A DNA stretch of 64,000 bases from Glaucostegus cemiculus (lineage: Eukaryota), in NCBI GenBank assembly GCA_976551045.1, contig CDPCPM010000107.1:7316001-7380000 (forward strand), given 5' to 3'. Shown in pieces: positions 60,301 to 64,000 of the stretch (position 1 is the first letter of the stretch; every line of letters begins with the position of its first letter). A program made the translations under genes and the position numbers. The notes below the pieces were generated by a model. That model was not told the origin of the DNA. It was given only the letters and a program-made list of their open reading frames with translations, and searched no databases.

Positions 60301-62994
60301 TTTTACAAGGAAGTTCACAATAACAAGAACACAATTAGAACAGGAAAAAAGTCCGTTGTTGTGTGAAGTTCCCTTATACCATGAGAAGGACGCTTGACCT
60401 CACAGTCTATTTTGTTATGACGTTGCATCTTGTTGTCTACTTCCCTGTAGCTGTGACACTTTACTCTGTATTGTTATTGTTTTTACCCCATACTACCTCA
60501 TGCACTCTGTAATGAATTGATCTGTACGAACAGTATGCAAGACAAGTTTTTCACTGTACCTCAGTTCAAGTGACAATGATAAACCAATACCAATTAAAAA
60601 AAACTGCAGATACTGGAAATCTAAAATAAAAGCAGAAAATGTTGGAAATACTCAGGCAGCATCTGTGGAGAGAGAAACACAGTGGGGAAACTCTTTCTTC
60701 AGCAACGCTCCCCAAGTACTTTCAGCATTTGCTGTTTCTATTTCACTCCAACACTGGACTTAATGAAAAGTACTCAAGAAATACAAATGCTTACAAACCA
60801 GATGAACTTCACTTCCTCCTATAACAAAAGTCAGAGTCAAGCACAGGGTGGCCCTCTGGGGAGTAAAACTACCTTCGTGACTCAGCCACACTTAAACAGA
60901 CACAGCAGGCTTCGAAATAGGGAAAGAAAATCCAACAATTCCCCTGTGGAACCAAGGCTGAAACAGTTTATGACCCCAATTCTCCAGCATATTAAAATTT
61001 AATATGCTACTTAAACAGTTTATGGCCCTAAAGGGCAAGAGCTCTTACACCAACGATGAGTGATGCCGAGGACTAAAAGGGCATGGAACAACATAAAACT
61101 AAATAAAACACATTTAAATGTATTTGGAACGTAGAAATTAGCATAGCTCTTAACGACCAGGAAAGATGCAAACTTAAAAATAAATGTAGCGCTGTTCATT
61201 TTAGAAGTGATATTAGGAACTCACTGTACTGTTTGCAGCTCTCTAAAATAAAAACCAAAAATGCTGGAAACACTCAGCAGGTCAGGCAGCATCTGTGGAA
61301 GGAGAGGCAGAGCTAACATTTCAGGTCTGAGACCTTTCATGCAGCTCTCTAAACACTGACATGCTGGACCAACTGTTAATTCTAAATTTGAAATTAAGTA
61401 TTTTTTTTAATTGATCAGAGGTGTTTTGGAATAAAGGGCAAAGTGTGTGTGGTTTATTCACAAATCAACTACTGTCTTCACTGAGGACAGAACGGTTCAC
61501 GAGGCTAAATTAGCTGTTCCTGTTCATGATGGGGGAGGAGTAGCAATTTTATTATTTTCTATGCTCTTCTGCCAAGAATGCTAATTAGTGCCAACTTAGG
61601 CAATAGTGAGAAGAATTTTACATCATCATTACAAGCTCTTAAAAACTATTCCACAAACCATTCTTGCAAGGGAGTGGTAAGCTTCATTCTAATAGAAAGT
61701 CCTGACCAATGAAGCAAAAGGAGAGCAAACCAGGCCTCATAAAACTGCAAACCTGAACATTAGAAACTTGTCATGCCGTTTAGCAATTCCTTATCCCGCT
61801 AAGTCATAATAGAAATCAGATGCACAGCACATTTGATCGACTTTTTCCCAGCAACACGAGTGGGCTGTTCAGTTCCTCTAGTCAGCCCCACCATTCAACA
61901 ATGGTGGGGTGGCACCTTAACTTGCATCCACCCACTTGGGTCTGTAACCCCGGGACTCTTACCTAACACAAATGCATCAGCTTTTTTTGATGTTTAATCC
62001 ATTAGAGTGTTAGGCTGCGCCAACATTATCCACTTTACAGTCCGGTATCTATAACAGACCTCTACAAATGCATTTATTTTTGCACTCATGATAACTCTGA
62101 TATCACCTCCTCACAGCTGCTACTATCAAGTGTGGCCTCATTGTGATGCATGTTTTTTTTAATCCCACAAACATTTCTCTTTCAGTACCATTCCCTTTAG
62201 AACTGTTCTGAACATTTCTGCCACAACGTTTCTGGTTTGCCGGTCTTGGTTAACTTGTGACTAGTTTTCAGGCAACACTGATGTACGTACTTTCCAGTCC
62301 AAGTCTTTCAGCTCAGTCAGTGGGTTCTTATAGGGCAGCGTGCAGTTTGGGCACATTCATCCCAACAGTTATCAACTGACCCCATTTAACCTCAACATCC
62401 CAATGTTCGCTCAACAACCTCAGCATGACCATGATACTTCTGAACTCATTGCTGAACCAGTACTACGCAAGAATATAAAGTGAAGAACCTCTTCAGTATC
62501 GTATAAATAAAGTGCCAACCATTACAACCATCGAGTACTGATTTTAATAAGCAAAGGATTATCCTGATTCTTGCAGGAAGCACAGCTGTCCTTGGTTGCT
62601 AAGACTCTATTCATGTGAATTAATGTCATTTTCTCTTTCCAGGCAAGGAAATTTTCAAATGCACATCTCTATTTCTGCCAGTTTCACTGTGCAAAATTAG
62701 TCATCGTTACCCTTCCACCTTGATAGCTATCCTAGCCTCAGGAATTTTAAAAATGAAATAATTTCATTTTTGTACTGAGTCTCAATGGGCTTTCATTAAT
62801 CCTAGGGAAGGCTTTAAGACACTCACCTCAGTTCTTACAAAATTCCAAGTACTGAGCAGATAGATTATTCAATATACAAAGTACTATTCTACATAGTTTT
62901 ACTTAACATTGGAGACTTTTTTTAAAAACATTGTCAAAGAAGGTTGGACATTCAAAAAGCATGGGACGATACAGATAGAAAGAAAATGACATAA

Positions 62995-63320
62995 TTAGTG
63001 GAGCTGCAGTCACACTGCTTCAGTGACCTGGGTTGAATCCTGATCTTGGGTAGGGTTCACGTGGAGTCTGCACATTCTCCTGGAGACTGTGTGGGTTTCT
63101 CCCAGGTGCTACAGTTTCCTCCCAGACCTGTGGGTTGGGAGGTTAATAGGCCAGTGTAAAATGACCTCCCCAGGGTGTGAGGTAGAATTTAAAGGAAGTT
63201 GGTGGGAATGCACTAACAGATTGCAGGGAAAATCAGTGAGGAGATAGGATTGCTTTGTGAGTCAGCATGGACACAAAAGACTGAAATGCCACCATCTGTA
63301 TTGTAAGGAAATACGGAAAG
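62995..63320 (+). mobile_element. HE1-type SINE
   Basis: GGGTTGAATCCTG B box, V-domain GTGTGGGTTTCTCCCAGGTGCTACAGTTTCCTCCC. Confidence 0.7.
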
Positions 63321-64000
63321 TATCTCTATTTATTGAGGGCTCCAGAATGTATCTGAAATACAAGAGATCAAGGCCAGACAATAGGTAAAAGGGGTTTCTT
63401 TTCTTTACAAACATGGCTGAGAGTCCGTCTTGCACAAACAGAAAGAGCAATTGAACCAGAAATGCATCCACATTTACCAATCAGTCATGTAAGCAGTTCA
63501 AGAAAAGGGATGGTGAAAGCATACAGAAGCACCTGGCTCTGAATTAGCCAAAAATGTTTAATATTACCTAAATTTACACCAAGGAAATGGTGAAAATGGA
63601 GAATTTTGTTGCACGGCTTTCTCCTGGTTGGATAGGTGATCTGTAGTTATATTAATGGAAGTTAGCTGTGCCTTCTTGGGGCGACAGTTCAGTTGTAAGA
63701 TAAATATTCATGTTGACCAGCGAACTGAGTGCCTTGTCAATCAGATCAGCATACAGGACATCCTGGAGAGATTTAACCTGAATAAAAAACAAAATTCTGC
63801 CCCATGCACTTTTGCAAAGCTGCTCATATTTTCTTTTCAGATCATTTCCCCCCCCCCCCCCCCCCCCGAGTTATCTCAAAAGACTCCCAACCTCCAGCCC
63901 ATTAACAAGAGCAATGTGCAAGAATGTGGTAAAACCTCTCTGCACACTGCTCAGAACCAGCCTATTACAGATGCAGGTTAGGGGTGGACCTTATGCAAAA

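Noticed and set aside
63848-63867. Poly(C) run and other short simple repeats (15091-15125, 57840-57868)
   Set aside because: Ordinary slippage products with no evidence of function.
44994-64000. TMX4 exon 1 (signal peptide to W-M-x-K-F) and its promoter
   Set aside because: No matching peptide with a phase-2 donor and no CpG island found by eye; it probably lies beyond the window end.

Overview
Vertebrate genomic DNA, almost certainly from a cartilaginous fish (shark or ray), judging by the HER1/CR1 LINEs, V-SINE/HE1-type SINEs, a Deu-domain SINE and Penelope-derived repeats. Two spliced protein-coding genes lie on the minus strand in the same order and orientation as in human: TMX4 (exons 2-8, 44993 down to the stop at 20164; exon 1 not found and probably beyond 64000) followed by HAO1 (exons 1-2, 11159 down to 6864; exon 3 onward probably before base 1). 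All nine exons were read by hand and have canonical AG/GT boundaries and compatible phases; most are invisible in the ORF track. The rest is intronic or intergenic DNA dense in degraded, often nested retroelements. I found no convincing new biological system. The most interesting observations are decayed minimal hammerhead ribozymes in Penelope-derived repeats, a TMX4 with TMX1-like catalytic and palmitoylation motifs, a minisatellite arraying branch-point/QKI motifs in HAO1 intron 1, a palindromic templated patchwork at a LINE 5' junction, and repeats bracketing individual exons. Repeat family names come from recalled consensus motifs, and repeat boundaries are approximate unless a TSD or splice site is given.
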